In this document: positions 1 to 17,022 of the stretch, piece by piece
Layout: every line of letters starts with the position of its first letter
Numbering within the stretch: the first letter of the stretch is position 1
Assembly (NCBI RefSeq): GCF_009914755.1
Contig: NC_060947.1
DNA: 64,000 nucleotides
From: the human T2T-CHM13v2.0 reference genome, Homo sapiens
Strand: one strand, 5' to 3'
Made by a program: the position numbers and the translations under genes
The notes under the pieces: model-generated
Databases searched by the model: none
What the model saw: only the letters and a program-made list of their open reading frames with translations
Told to the model about the DNA's origin: nothing

Positions 1-276
1 GTTCCACATGGCTGGAGAGGCCTCACAATCATGGCAGAAGGTGAAAGCCACGTCTTACATAGTGGCAGACAAGAGAGAATGAGAGCCAAGCCAAAGGGGA
101 AACCCCTTATAAAACATCAGATCTTGTGAGACTTATCCACTACCATGAGAACAGTATGAGAGAAACTGCCCCCATGATTCAATTCTCTCCCACCAGGTCC
201 CTCCCACAACATGTGGGAATTATGGGAGCTACAATTCAAGATGAGATTTGGGTGGGGACACAGCCAACCCATATCA
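1..276 (-). mobile_element. THE1 (MaLR) LTR, partial at window edge
   Basis: Ends in GAGATTTGGGTGGGGACACAGCCAACCCATATCA, the reverse complement of the THE1 start TGATATGG..GCTGTGTCCCCACCCAAATCTC. Confidence 0.9.
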
Positions 277-409
277 GTTATCTACCATTCTACTCAGCTG
301 CAGCACCAGAATAAAGCCTTCTTCCCTGGAAATACTCATTGTCTCAATGATTAGCTTTCTGTTTGGCAAGCAATGGGACCTAGAGTCAATCCCTGACATT
401 TTGGTAACA
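277..409 (+). mobile_element. 3' end of an old ERVL-class LTR (MER74/MER73-like)
   Basis: GAATAAAGCCTT..CTGGAAATACTCATTGTCTCAATGATT..GGACCTAGA..TTTGGTAACA terminus; family name uncertain. Confidence 0.55.
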
Positions 410-1159
410 GCTAGTAGAGAGAAAATTGTTGTGAAAAAGATCATTCTTTATGTCTATTGACATAAAATAGCATTAAAAGACAAGGACATGTATGCAAAGA
501 CATTCTGACTTGAAGAGAGATGCAAAGTAGTGGTATATAGGAACATTTTACTAAGGAGACAGCAGAAGCTCCAATATAAAAAAGAAATGTCCAGATAAAT
601 TATTTCAGATATTCTCATGAGATAAACTCTACTTTTGAAATAAAAGCTGAACTGAATGGTGTATGGTCTTCTGTGCCCTTTGCACATCATTCATGTGTGA
701 TAAATAGCACAACAGCCCAGGGCAAAAGCAGCTAATGCAATCTCTTGGAAATGTTGTTTCTTATTTAGTCTACTTCTCTACCTTCAAGAATCTTAATAGA
801 AATTTTCAGTTTTATTACATATATTCTAGATCTGGTGTCTGAAGAACATCAAAAAGGTATATTGTTGGAGACAAAATTTCTTTTAAAACAGAATAAAGAA
901 ACCCCAGATGACTGATGGAGAATGCCCAGAGGTACATTCTGGAATGAATTCTATGTTATCTACCAAATAGGTCTACACACATACACATATAACATAAATT
1001 CAGGATATCAACAAAATGTTTAAATGTATGTAAAATTATTTTTCTATGAAGTAAATATGTATATTTAATAATTAAATATGTTGATACTAATTACAGGTCT
1101 TTTCAGAGACTATTTTAATAGTGTTTTTTTTTTCTCCAGGGGACTATAAATTATAATTT

Positions 1160-1370
1160 TTTTCTATAGAAGACAGGAGAGCAAATATTTTAGCCTTCAC
1201 AGGACATACGAATTGTATTGTAACTAGTCAAGTCTGCTATTATGTTGTGAAAGCAGTCACAGACAATACATAAGTAAATGGAAGTGGCTCTGTTCCAATA
1301 AAATTTTACTTACAAAAACAGGCAATGGACTCAATTTGACCCACTACTGGAATTTGCTGATGTCTGCCCT
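1160..1370 (+). mobile_element. MER58A (hAT-Charlie DNA transposon relic)
   Basis: GCAAATATTTTAG..GAAAGCAGTCACAGACAATACATAAGTAAATG..TGTTCCAATAAAATTTTA..ACAAAAACAGGC. Confidence 0.8.
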
Positions 1371-2282
1371 AGATTATCTGTCCACATAACATTCTTCATT
1401 GTGGAGTGCAGATTTATTTCTTTTGAAGCTGTGGTTCCAGGAATACAGAATGCTGCAGTCAGATTTTTATTTTAACCTCCAAACTCTTTCAATAAATAGC
1501 TCAGAACCTTCTCCAGTAATAACCCAGAGAAGTGATTATGTATAGGACCTATTTACAATCTTTATTTTTTTCACATTGCTTTAGTGTCTTATAATTATCT
1601 CCCCCCCCCGCCCTTTTTTTCACCTTCCTTGCAAATTTGTACTGCAAAGGCTGCTATCTTTTATGAAATTTCTAGTGAGGGAATTTTCAGTCTCTACACT
1701 TAATCAAAAGTTGAACAACCATGGTTATTCTCAATAGTCACTGTACATGTTTATACAAATGCGTGAGTGATTCAACATGATTTATGTGAATCCATGTGTC
1801 TGGTTACCCAGGACAAGTTTCTCTCTGTCTACTTCCTCTATGTTACAGACTCTCCTGTCTGCCATGAGCACTCATCTGAACAAGGTGTTAATTATACTGT
1901 ATTTCCATACTACTTTTAGAGGATAGGAAAGCCTCCTTTAAGCAGAAGTCAATGGCTCTACCTTTCGTCTTGCAAATTAATTATTAGAATAATGCTAGTG
2001 TAATTGAAGATTCCCTATGTGTCTGTCCCACAAATGCACTATAATAATGTTCCCTTCCACATCTTAGAGGCAGGTAACTGTTTTAATATTTTCTTTTCCA
2101 ATACATATCACTAACACTATCCTATCCTTCCATATGTTTGTATTCAATATTTTCTTGATTTATGCCTGATTGTATAATCAGCTACTTGGATTATTTTTGA
2201 AGAACTGCTAATTTCTATGACATGCATTCCTCTGGTTACCAAATTCCACAATCATCAGACTTCCAAAATGACGTCTTCTACA

Positions 2283-2402
2283 TTATATATATATACATTT
2301 TTTTATATATATAATATGTATATATGTATATATATATGTGTGTGTATATATATATTATATGTATATATGTATATATATGTGTTTGTGTGTATATATATGT
2401 AT
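2283..2402. repeat. (TA)n/(TG)n compound microsatellite
   Basis: Direct inspection. Confidence 0.95.
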
Positions 2403-2689
2403 TTTTTTTTTACTTCAAACAGAAGAATTTCAAAGCCAGAATCTAATGAAGTTTAGCCTGGCTGAACACTCTTGCAAAACATCTTTGTGGAAATACTGCT
2501 TATTTGATCTTAATTTCAAAACTTTTACATTTTTAATATTTGCATCTATTTTGTAATTAACAGTATAATGGAACATGGTACAAGTATGAAATTTAAAAAT
2601 TTAAAAATAAAATAAATTTAAAAATAAAATATGTGTGTATGCGTGATATACAGGAAAGTGATACTGATAAGAGTGCATGATCTACTGGT

Positions 2690-3185
2690 TCCTGCTGGAA
2701 TGAGTAGATGCAAAGTAGGATCTGGTCCAGACAGGATAAAGTAAATAAACCAGCAGGAACTAGTAGATGGTGACAAAAGGGATACCTAGCTGCCCTCATT
2801 GCTTTTTAGCATAAGACACTACCACCAGTGCCATGACAGTTTACAAATGCCATGACAACAACCCAGAAGTTACACCCCTTTTCAGGGCAACAACATGGAA
2901 GTTATCATCCCCTTCCAAGAATGTTCTAAATAACCAACCGCACAATTTGCATTGACCCACTCCTTAATTTGCATGTAAATGGAAGTGAGTTTAAGTGGAT
3001 ATAAACAAAATTAACAATAGCCAGTATGTTGTCTACTCTGGGCACACTGCCTTTGACTTAGCCCTGCCCCACAAGGAGCAGTACCATTTAATAAAAGATT
3101 CTAATACCACCAGTTTATCCTTAAATTCTTACCTAGGCAAAACCAAGAACCTGCCTGGGCTAAGCCCCAGTTTTGAAGCATTTCT
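2690..3185 (+). mobile_element. MER41-family ERV1 LTR
   Basis: GCCATGACAGTTTACAAATGCCATGACAAC..GAAGTTAC core; ACTCTGGGCACACTGCC; AATAAAAG; CCAAGAACCT..GGGCTAAGCCCCAGTTTTG end. Confidence 0.75.
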
Positions 3186-5179
3186 TTAAAAGGAGAAGAA
3201 CATGGCAGTATGTGCAACAAGATGGGACATACAGTGCTTTTACTGGTCCCCAGTTTGAGAACCCACGTTGATATTTTGATATAGATCATTCTACTGCTAA
3301 TAATTCAATCTTATAGGTAGAACATATGTTCTGGGTTCTTTGAGCTGTTGACATGTCCTATCATGCTAATAGTTATCAATGTTATGACCTTATATTCTTC
3401 ATATTTCCCAAATTGATAGAGATATAGAGATCACTTAGATATCAAGATTACTTAGATATCACCTAATGTTATATATAATAGACCCTTTTGCAGTAAATAT
3501 TGCATCAACCAAATAACTCACATAAGCATTATTTCTGCGTCAGGCTCGTGGGATAATTATTGAAGTTTATCCTGAGAATTATTGCATTAATTATGGTTTA
3601 TCATTTAAAGAGCCTCAAACATTAGGGATGAAGGAATTTATCTAAACAATTCAGACCAAAAGAAAAAAACAAGCTTAGCCAACACATTGTCTCTATGTTA
3701 CATGAATGATCCCCTAATTCTTTTTTCTGTTTCCAGTGTTGCATTTCCTAGATGTTTACCTCAAAACAAGTACATGATTGGAATGTGTATTAAATAATAA
3801 TTAGCAGAAAAATAGGAAAAACTCTGGAAATTCTAATTATATCAGATCTGTCAAGTAGTTGATGGTACAGATAATCATGAAATTCAACCTTCCTTTCCTA
3901 GTTTATTATAATGATACCTGCAAATGATCAAGGAGTAGATTAAAGTCTGTATTTCAACTACTATATGGAATATACATGTTTCTTTGTGCCCTGTTTATTT
4001 TATGTAAAATAACAATTACTCCTTTTAACGTACAAATAACATCTTTTAAGGCATAAGTATAAAATATCTGTTCATCTCACTGACCCTTTACACCAGCTGT
4101 AGGGCTATTTCTTCCACGGCCTAGAATGAAATTTCAGGCACATCTTATAAAATTTAGATTACTATTAGATAATGAAAAGATCTTTGGCCACATTTAGTCA
4201 TAAACAGTCTCATTTTTACAACTAAAACGTCCAGTTTACTAAAATTATCAAAATACCACTGTGTTACTGAATTAGGAGATGATTGTCTTGCTTGCTCCAG
4301 TCCTACATCACTCTTGGGTATTATGTGGTTCTTCATCTTCATCATCCCTACACTGCCTTAAATTTCTGTTTCTTTCCTCACTCTCGTTCCCAAATGGGCA
4401 GCCTATAAGATCAATAAAACTTTTGCTTAAATGATGTCTTTCCTTTATGATTTCCTCTAGGTATGGCAGATTCTTAACATCAATTATTATTACATGGAGT
4501 GCTTTTCTGTGTTTGTGAGAATGATTGAGAACTATTCCAACTGGAGCCATTTAAGTTCATCACTCCTAACTTTGCAAATATCTCTACTCTGGCTGGCAGT
4601 TTAAGACAATTTCCTCAGTTCCTATTTTTAGGCTAGGGTCATATTCTTCAACTAGGCAATAATCTTAGGAAGGATCCAATACTTTTCAGAGGAAACACAG
4701 GCAGGCTCCCTTACATAAAGTCCACATTTAATCCATTTTAGATTGTTTTTCCATTTAAAAAAATTATTCATTTCTGTTTTTGATGAGTGTGCAGTTTGAC
4801 AGCCATGGTCTCCCTGTCTATTTGGTAGAATTTTTTTTTGAGATGCAAATCTTTCATTTGTCCATCTATAACCGAAATTCTAGGAGGCAGGGATTTTATT
4901 TTCCAAACAGGTTAGTTAGCATTGTGTCACATTTACTCTAAGTCCTTGTTTTCAAAGAAATAAATCTTTTTGGATCTCTAGCTGATAACACTTCTTAACT
5001 TTCTCCCCAAAGGTACTCACTATCCAGAAAGTTGTATGTATATTTTCTAAGTTTTCTATTTCCTTACATTTGTAAGGATCCATAAATAATGTTATACATT
5101 TTTGTCTTTTGAAGCTTCGTATAAGTGATGTAATATTATTGTATCTTTCTGAAACTTGAGTTTCTCTCAACTTTATGTT

Positions 5180-5815
5180 TTTAAATTTTAGTGTTAATAA
5201 CACATACACAATTCAGGAGTTGTATAACATCACAATCCTGACTCTTAATACACGAGTACTTACTCATTTACCTCAACTTCTACTGAGTACTTCATTGAAG
5301 AAATATATGATTTATTGATCTACTTTTCTATGTATAGGCAGTATATTGCTTCTAATTTTTCATGATTATGAACAATGTTGTTTTAAATAATTGTGCAAAT
5401 GTTTCCCCATGTTACATTTTCTAGTATCTCTAAGATACATTCCTGTAAATTGAGTAGTTAATCTTAAGGTGTAAACATACTTAATTATTGTAAAGCTTGC
5501 TGAATTGCTCTTTTAAGTGACTTACAATTTTCCACTACCATGGCAGCATATTGAGGGCTTTTGACTTCCCAAATTCTTATCGAAACTCTTCTACAGACTT
5601 TGGAAAAAATTGGCAATCTGGTGAGTGTTATATTTTTAACACCATTCCTAAATCATTGGTGAGTTTGTGCGTATGTGTGCAATATTTGTGTTTTCTTTTT
5701 CATTGTTTTCTCTCTGTCTCTTTAATTTACAAGTGGCTCTTAAATATTTTGAATACTAATCCTTTGTCGCTTTTATGTGTTGCAGAAAGAGCACGCTCCC
5801 GTTATTTGGTTTCTG
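5180..5815 (-). mobile_element. Old L1M fragment
   Basis: Degenerate antisense L1 3' motifs (TATGAACAATGTTG, TTGAATACTAATCCTTTGTC). Confidence 0.55.
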
Positions 5816-6425
5816 TGATGTGAAAGTTAATTCCCACATATCTGGAATTGTTCTCAGTTGTTTTACTAAAATAAGAACAGTACTTGCACAGTACTGATCA
5901 TTGCCAAGGCACAAACTATACTGACTACTAGTAATGCTTTGTAACTACGGGTCTAAGGAGTTCTAGGGGTGATTTGCATGTCAACATTATTTATTGATAA
6001 ATTGAAGTTGATGATTTGCACCTGATCTTCATGAATGAATTGGAGGGCTCTGTCATTGGGGCTGGTTATGTCGCAGAAATATGTCTACATGAAAATCAGA
6101 ATATAAGAAATCCTGACTGAGACTCCATTTTGGGCTCTCTGGTTCTGTGATTTTATGTGCACACATAGGTGGTTACTGATATGAGAAAAAAGTGTGCTCC
6201 TGGTCTGAGAATAAAGGTGCATCTTGGTGTGGTCTTTGCAAAAAGACAGTAGGAGCTTATGCCTGGCTTCTCTGAACCCTTACTGTGAAAGTGCCTTTGG
6301 CTGTGAACATATAATGCTGTTGCCTTATTATAGTCCTTTAATGCAGTGAACTGTAGATTTCACTTGTCATAGTTGGTCCTGTGAACCTTCTTTAACAACT
6401 GAACCCTGTTTCATGCCATCCTTAC
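5815..6425 (+). mobile_element. Old ERVL-class LTR (MER77/MER68-like)
   Basis: GGAGCTTATGCCTGG..GTCCTGTGAACCTTCTTTAACAACTGAACCCTG terminus resembles the MER21/MER77 group. Confidence 0.45.
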
Positions 6426-6654
6426 TGCAGTTTGTCATTTAATCCTATTCACAGTGAAATTATTGATTTTTGTAACAAAATAAGGCAATGTTTATTACTG
6501 AAAAACATTGTATTATAGATCATTGGGATTGTATTCATACTATTAATATACCTATTTGCTATTTATGATTAATGTTTCTTTGGAAATAATGAACTTCTCA
6601 GGATCTCCATAGAGAGTTCACAAAATACTAAATAGAGTATCAGATTTTAAAAAA

Positions 6655-6812
6655 TTATTTTCATGATACAGAGCCTCACTCTGTCATCCAGGCTGAAGTG
6701 CAGTGGCACAATCATAGCTCAGTGCAGCCTCGAACTCCTAGGCTCAAGCAATCTTCCCACTTAGGCCTCCCAAAGTGCTTGGATTACAGGCATGAGCCAA
6801 TACAACTGGCCA
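6655..6812 (-). mobile_element. Alu monomer (FLAM/AluJ-type)
   Basis: CAGGCTGAAGTGCAGTGGCACAATCATAGCTCA..CTCCCAAAGTGCT..GGATTACAGGCATGAGCC; monomer length. Confidence 0.85.
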
Positions 6813-7990
6813 AGATTTTAAATTCATTAGTAACTGCCATAATCCAATAGTTCCAAGGAATAGGACGTTTGCTGTTCAAGTTTCCTTAATAGTAATGAGC
6901 AGTTTGCATGGACTGTATACAGATGGCAAACAAATGCACACGGTGGAGAAAAATCTTTTCAATTTAACAAAATATTCTGGTTTAAAATAAATATTTTCAT
7001 ACAAAATTTTATTTTGTAGTATATAATTATAAGATTACTTTGCATGGGGGAAGTAAAAAGGCAGAGTCAATTATCTAGAAAAATCAAAAATATAATTTAT
7101 ATACTTTTTACAGGAAATAAAAGACAACAATGTATATGTGTTGTATATGCATATAAAAATGTCAACCATTTGTGTGAAATATGCAAACAATTAAGCTATA
7201 ACTTAAGAGATTACATGCCTATTTGAAAGTATGTGTATAACATGTCTCCATATATAGGATGTACCTATGTCTAAATTCATATTTATCTAATGGCTTAATT
7301 ACCTTCACTTGGATTGTTCTGATAATGATGATAAAAAAAGTTTCAAATTCAAGTGTCCACCTTCACTCAGTTATTATTTAATCCATTCATTTGATAACCA
7401 GTTATTTTGGAAGTTCTATGTGCCAGACAGTGGACCAAAGGCTAAAGATTATGGCATAAATCAGATATGGAACATGACCTCAAAGAGCTTATAAAATTAT
7501 ATAATGATAAATATATGTCAAGAGGAAATAAAGATAGATAACTAGAATGATTCAGTGCAAGGAGAGCTTGCTTAAGCAGAAGAAATTGGAAAGGCTTTGG
7601 GAAATAAGTGGCAACTTAAACTGAAACTTAACAGCTAAGATGCTTTGAAAATGCAGTTTGGGCAAAGTATTTCTAGATGAGTGAAATTATCAGAGCAGAG
7701 AAAGCATAAGCTATGGACTCATAACAAAAATAATTTAATTTGGGTGGATTAGAGTACACGAGAATTACATTAATAAAAACTTGACTGAAAATGTGTGATT
7801 GAACCAGATCAAAGTGGACCTTACATGTGAACCTATGGAATATGGACTAAGTAGCAGCATAAGAATAGGCATTGATAGTCTCTAAGCAGTGAGATAAAGT
7901 CTACAGTTTCTTGAGACTTTTAAAGAAAGATTGGAAGGTCTTTATCCTGGAACATCTGAGATCAATTCAAACTACACAAAATATTCTAAG

Positions 7991-8200
7991 GCTATGCTGT
8001 CCAATACAGTAGCTAGTAGCCATATGTGTTTATTCAAATTTAAATTAAAGTTAATTAAAATTAAATAAGCTAAAGGTAAATTTGTCAATTGCACTAATCA
8101 CATTACAAGTGTTCAATAACTCCCCTAATGGCTACTGTATTGGACAAAAGAGATATAGAATATTTCTATCACTGCAGAAAGTCTTTTGGCTATTGTTGTC
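7991..8200 (+). mobile_element. MER3/MER33-like hAT-Charlie element
   Basis: GCTGTCCAATACAGTAGCTAGTAGCCATATGTG..GGCTACTGTATTGGACA..AGAATATTTCTATCACTGCAGAAAG. Confidence 0.75.
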
Positions 8201-8217
8201 TAGAACAATAGATCTGA

Positions 8218-8530
<313 letters not shown>

Positions 8531-8856
8531 TTTTTTTTTTTTTTTTAATAGAGAGACAGGGTCTTGCTCTGACACCCAGGCTGGAGTGCAGTGGCGTGAA
8601 CCACAGCTCACTGTAACCTCAAACTCCTGGACTAAAGTAATCCTCTTGCCTCAGCCTCCTGAGTAGTTGGGACTACAGGCATCTTCCACCATGCCCTGCT
8701 AATTTTTAAATATTTTTATTTATGATTTTGTTGTTGTAGAGACAGGGTCTTGTTATGTTGCCTAGGCTGATCTCAAACTCCTGGCTTCAAGTAATCTTCC
8801 TACCTTGGCCTTCCAAAAGGACTGAGATTACAGCTATGAGCCCCAGTGCCTGGCCC
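8531..8856 (-). mobile_element. Alu (AluJ-like), tandem with the preceding Alu
   Basis: GAGACAGGGTCTTGCTCTG..CACAGCTCACTGTAACCTCAAACTCCTGG, AluJ-type features. Confidence 0.9.
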
Positions 8857-10215
8857 ATGTCTTCTTTATTTTACTTATGGTTACAGCAGTAGATATTGGA
8901 GAAGACAGAGGAGATTTATGAGATACCTTAGAAGGATTTTTGAAACTTAGTAGTGTACTAACTGGGCAGGGATAAAATGAGTTGGGAATTAGAAATAGGC
9001 CATTGGAATGAGTCTAGGATAAGAGACTAACATTAAGTTATTATCTGCATTTACTTGGAAAACAAAATAAGGATATTCCATACCAATATTCAAGTGAGAG
9101 GCTTAAGGAATACAAAGAGAAGATTGTTTTTTAAAAACCACCAATAATATGTTAGGAAAGTGAGAGGAGTCCAAAAATGAGATGTGGAAAGAAGCACTAA
9201 ACAAATAAATGGAGAAATACGAGAAAAACTCAGTAAATGAGAGAATTTAAGGAAGAAAATTATTTTAAGGACAGAATGATAACTGTGTTCAACATCAAAA
9301 TTCAATTTGATAAATACTAGAGTATTCCTGGCATAACATTAAAATGGCTGAGGGCAACATTATTTAAAATATGGCATTATTTAAAATATACTTAATAGCT
9401 TTTTAAAATCTCCTTTAGTTTAATAAGATAAATTCTTCTGAAATTTAATGTTACATTCTTAAGTTAGTTAATGAATGGTTTGCCTTTTATAACATGATTT
9501 AATAATACTGATGTGTGCATAAAATTGTTAACAAATTAATGACAGTCAAGTTCTTCCAGCCATTCTATCTTGTTTTCCTCACTGTCCATTTGAATGTTTT
9601 TGTACATACTTTTAAGCCTACTGATGTAATTACTGAAAGAATAAAATTTATACTTAAAATTAATCTATACTTTGTCTCACTGGAGAAAAGTCAGTAAAAT
9701 TATTTTTTCCATCTTTCTTCAGGAGAAATGACCAAAGAGAGTATTTAGCATTTAGAAGGTGCCTCTTCATTTCCAAAGCTCTCTGAAATTACATAATATG
9801 TATTCTAAATGTGCTAGTCATCAAATTGTTTAGTCTACTGTATAATAGCATGAACTTGCCTAAAAATTCCATTAAGAAATATCTCTAGAGTGCATTTGAC
9901 CTTGGCACATTAGATTGAAAATATGCTAACAGGCTTGAATGGCCTAGGAATAAGCACTTTAAAACAATGAATAGGATTATAATTATTGTTGGTTAGTGCA
10001 CTGCCACTGCTTATATGCTTAGCATTTTAAAATGTTTTAGAAGAAAATGTAATGAATTAAAATGTTCATTATGTAATGGTTCCTGTTTATTTCAGTAAAA
10101 AGCACATTTAATTAAACTTTGTCTTGAATTTTTTTCAGTCTGGTGATACAAGAGCAATTTTTGAAGAATTGATCATGTTATAATATATGATTCATCTCTC
10201 TAATTTTATTGAATA

Positions 10216-10328
10216 TTTAAACTTAAGTACATTTTATTTAGTATGTTTTAAAATTTAAACCTAAGTACATTTTATTTAGTATGCTTAAAATTTAAACCTA
10301 AATACATTTTATTTAGTATGTTTTAAAA
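10216..10328. repeat. AT-rich ~38-bp tandem repeat x3
   Basis: TTTAAAC(T/C)TAAGTACATTTTATTTAGTATG(T/C)TT.AAAA starting at 10216, 10254 and 10291. Confidence 0.9.
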
Positions 10329-10758
10329 TCCTCTTTAACATAAACAAAATATTCATATTGTTATTTAAGTTATGAAAAACTAAAGGTCAAAAGTGTTATT
10401 TTGTATTAATCAAATCATGCATACATATATAAACATTTTTCAGATTTTCAAGACATAATGTAAAACATTGGAAGAAAACATACAGATTGTAGCGGTTATC
10501 TGATTATCACTGGCTTTATCTTTTCTCATATAACATACCTGATCCAAATTGTTTATAACAGCTATGTAGAACTTTTAAAATGAGAAATGATGCATTTATT
10601 GAAACTACAATAAACCTCTTCTCTTATTTATACTCTTAGTACCCAGAATGAGAATCTTGCTTGAACTGCTAATGAAGCAGTGACTGCGAACGGAATTCTA
10701 AGTAGAAATCCTCTGAAATATGACTGTTTTAAAGTTCACAGAGGAGAGGTTATCATTT

Positions 10759-10793
<35 letters not shown>

Positions 10794-11002
10794 ATGGGTT
10801 TTACTCTTTCTGTGCCTTAAAGATGTGTTTTAACTCTTTCTGTGCCTTAAAAAATTATCTGATTACAAAAGCTATACTGTTGATTAATAATGACTAGTTA
10901 CCATTTATTGAGGATTTATGACAGATCAGATACTACACTAACACGTTTATCAACATTACCACATTTAATAATCTAAAACAACCCTATAAGATCATTTTTC
11001 TT

Positions 11003-11299
11003 GGCCGGGAGCAGTGGGTCACGCCTGGAATCCCAGCACTTTGGGAGGCCGAGGCAGGCGGATCACGAGGACAAGAGATCGAGACCATCCTGGCTAACAC
11101 GGTGAAACCCCGTCTCTACTAAAAAATACAAAACATTAGCCGGGCGTGGTGGCGGGCGCCTGTAGTCTCAGCTACTCAGGAGGCTGAGGGAGGAGAATGG
11201 TGTGAACCCGGGAGGCGGAGCTCGCAATGAGCCGAGATGGCACCGCTGCACTCTGGCCTGGGCAACAGAGCAAGACTCCGACTCAAAAAAAAAAAAAAA
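11003..11299 (+). mobile_element. Alu (AluY/Sc-like) inserted into a minus-strand MIR
   Basis: GGCCGGG..GAGATCGAGACCATCCTGGCTAACACGGTGAAACCCCG..polyA; MIR-like flanks at 10890-11000 and 11300-11440. Confidence 0.95.
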
Positions 11300-11849
11300 T
11301 CATCATTCTTATCCCTATTTCACATATTTGGACACTGCTAAGGTCACTTGTCCAACATAACACCATTGGTAAGTAAATAGATCCAGCACTTCAACTGAGG
11401 TTTGTCTGATATAAATTCTTAGCTCTTAATTGCTATTTTTTAGGATACAGCTCCTTTAGAGAATACAAAACAAAGCAAAACTAAGAAAATAAAGTGTATA
11501 CAATACAGAAAAGAATAAGGAGGGAAAAAATGTATTTCTCAAATACTACAACTCAGAAAAATCTTTTGGGGAATTTCCCTCCTGGTTTATGTCATTTGAA
11601 AACGATATATAATTTTATAGATTTGGGGTCATATAATATATAGAGTTGTATATTCAGGTCATTTTGTGAGTATTCCCCCCATATCATTAGAAATTTCCTT
11701 GCTGCTTTCTAGTAATTATGGAAAACTCATTTGTTTTATTTTAACTCACTGCATGATGAAAAAAGTATAAGTTGTTTTTAATTCTCCTAGTGCTAACTTT
11801 AAGCTTTGCTAACACTTTTTTTAAATCTACTATATATTTCTCAATTATT

Positions 11850-12276
11850 TTTCCATCACTTATTAGTCTTCTCTGTTCCTCAAACATACCTGGCATGGTT
11901 CCTCCCCCAGACATGAACACTTCCTGTTTTCTCTGTCTTGATTGTTCTGACCCCAGACACTTGCAGAGTTCACCCCCTTACCTCCCTCAGGTCTTCAATC
12001 AAATGTCACCTCAGTGTGGACTTACCTAGTCAGTCTACTTAGAATTGCTATCATGTAGCCCCCAACTTGTCACTTCCATCACCTCTGTCCCCCTTGTGTG
12101 CTTTGTTTTTATTTGTATTATTGCCCTCTAACATACAATATATTTTACCTATTTATCTTGGCTGCATAAGAGAGCAAATATATTTTTCCTGATTTTGTCA
12201 CTGCTGTATCTCCAGTATCTAGAACAGTGATGTGTAGTAAATGTTCAATAAATATTTGTTGAATGAATACATGAAT
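11850..12276 (+). mobile_element. L2 3' end (L2a-like)
   Basis: CACTGCTGTATCTCCAGTATCTAGAACAGTG..TCAATAAATATTTGTTGAATGAAT terminus. Confidence 0.85.
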
Positions 12277-12490
12277 AGTCAACAATAAGATGATCAGTGT
12301 TTTTCTGTGTTCCTCCTCCTTCCCAGTGAAATAACTGAGTTGAGCAATGAAAGTAAGTAATGCATGTTCTCATGCAACTGATGTTTCTATTGATTAGTGG
12401 ACTCACAAAGAAAGAACAACCTCAGGTTGCCAAATAAAGATAAAACATTGCTGCAGCCTAAATTTTGGTGGACTCATGAAGTGGTGTATT

Positions 12491-13457
12491 TGATACAATG
12501 ACAGAGGCAAGAGGCAGAGAAATTCCAGGCAGATAAGCGCGGGTCCCCGACAAAGCCCCACCCTCAAGCCTGAAATCACGGCCCAAAGTGAGAACTTACA
12601 TCCTTGTTTATTGCCTTTTCCAAAACCACCCATGGCCTGCCCTGTCCCCCATCCTGTGCTTATAAAAACCCCAGAACTTAGCTGACAGAGAGGAGAAGCA
12701 GCTGGACGTTGGAGACTACGGTTGGACACTGGAGAGAAGTGGCTTGATTTCAGATGGACAGCTTGACAGCGTAACTTTGGAGAAGAATCTGGCCAGAGAC
12801 GGCCAGACTTTGGGGGAAGATTACCTTCCTGCCCCATCCCCTTTGCAGCTCCCTTTCCCATTGAGAGCCACCTCCATTGGCAATACAATCCCCCGCATTT
12901 ACCATCCTTCAATTCGTTCATGTGACCTCATTTCTCCTGGACACCAGACAGGAGCTCAGGTGCCACAAGTGCAGATGCAAAAGGCTGTCACACTGACCCT
13001 TTGCTCTCACTGGCAGAAGGCAGCCACCTCACATGAAAAGGAAGAAGGTCCACTGAGCTGTTAACACTTAAGCCATCTGCAGACAGCAGAACCAAAAGAG
13101 CACCGTGACACTCCTTCTGGGGCTTCAGGGGTCATGGGCACGTCCCCCCGAGACGCTGCCAGGAGGACGGCATGAAATTGGCTTCTGCTGGCGCTCAAAA
13201 GCAGTTGTCCCTGCTCCTGCACCCATTCACCTGCGCACCCACTCCCACGAGGAGTGGAACACAATGGGTTCGAGTGAGTGGATTTTGCTTCTGCTGGCAC
13301 CGGAGTAGCCAGCTGACTCCAGCACTCACTCATGTACACCAGTTCCTGCCTCATTCACCCACATGCTCCCTCTCATGAGGAGGTGAGAGCTGTGGGCTGA
13401 GTAAATGGGGCACCCCCTTCACAAGTCCCACGAAGGAGTCAGGGAAATATCCTCCAT
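12491..13457 (+). mobile_element. ERV1 solo LTR, LTR28/LTR27-like
   Basis: TGATA..GAGGCAGAGAAATTCCAGGCAG..CCCCACCCTCAAGCCTG..GGCCCAAAGTGAGAACTTACATCC start; about 970 bp. Confidence 0.75.
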
Positions 13458-13569
13458 GTTGTTTTAGACTAACCCTCTGGTAATATTTCAAATTCTTTAC
13501 ATAGTGAGAAGAAGCTTGACTCAAGTCAGTTTAGAGACCCCGAGTGCCCTGACTGATGGGGAGGCTAAG

Positions 13570-16290
<2,721 letters not shown>

Positions 16291-16349
16291 TAGCATATAG
16301 TGGTTACTGTTTCCAAGTATATACAATTAATTTATGGATAAGAACGGTA

Positions 16350-16722
16350 ATGGCTGACATAAAAAATAATGAAATCATGTCTTTTGTAATAACAGGAATG
16401 GAACTGGAGGACATTATTTTAAGTGAAATAACTCAGAAGCAGAAAGTCAAATACTGCATGTTTTCACTTACAAGCGGGAATGAAACAATGTGTACACATG
16501 AACGTAGAATGTGGAATAATAGAAATTGGAGACTCAAAAAGTGGGAGGGTGGGAGGTAGATGAAGGATTAGAAATTACTTAATGGGTGGTACAATGTACA
16601 CTGTTCAGGCGATAGTTACACTAGAATTTCAGACTTCATTATTATACAATATATCCATGTAACAAAATGGATATGTTGTATATGTGCACTTGTACCTCTG
16701 AAATCCATACAAATTTTTTAAA
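16350..16722 (+). mobile_element. L1MA/MB-type 3' end
   Basis: AATGAAATCATGTC..GGAACTGGAGGACATTAT..AAGTGAAATAACTCAGAA..ATATCCATGTAAC. Confidence 0.85.
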
Positions 16723-16728
16723 AATTGA

Positions 16729-17022
<294 letters not shown>

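Noticed and set aside
4154-4550. Short ORFs and splice-like sites near 4.2-4.5 kb
   Set aside because: No recognisable product and no consistent exon frame.
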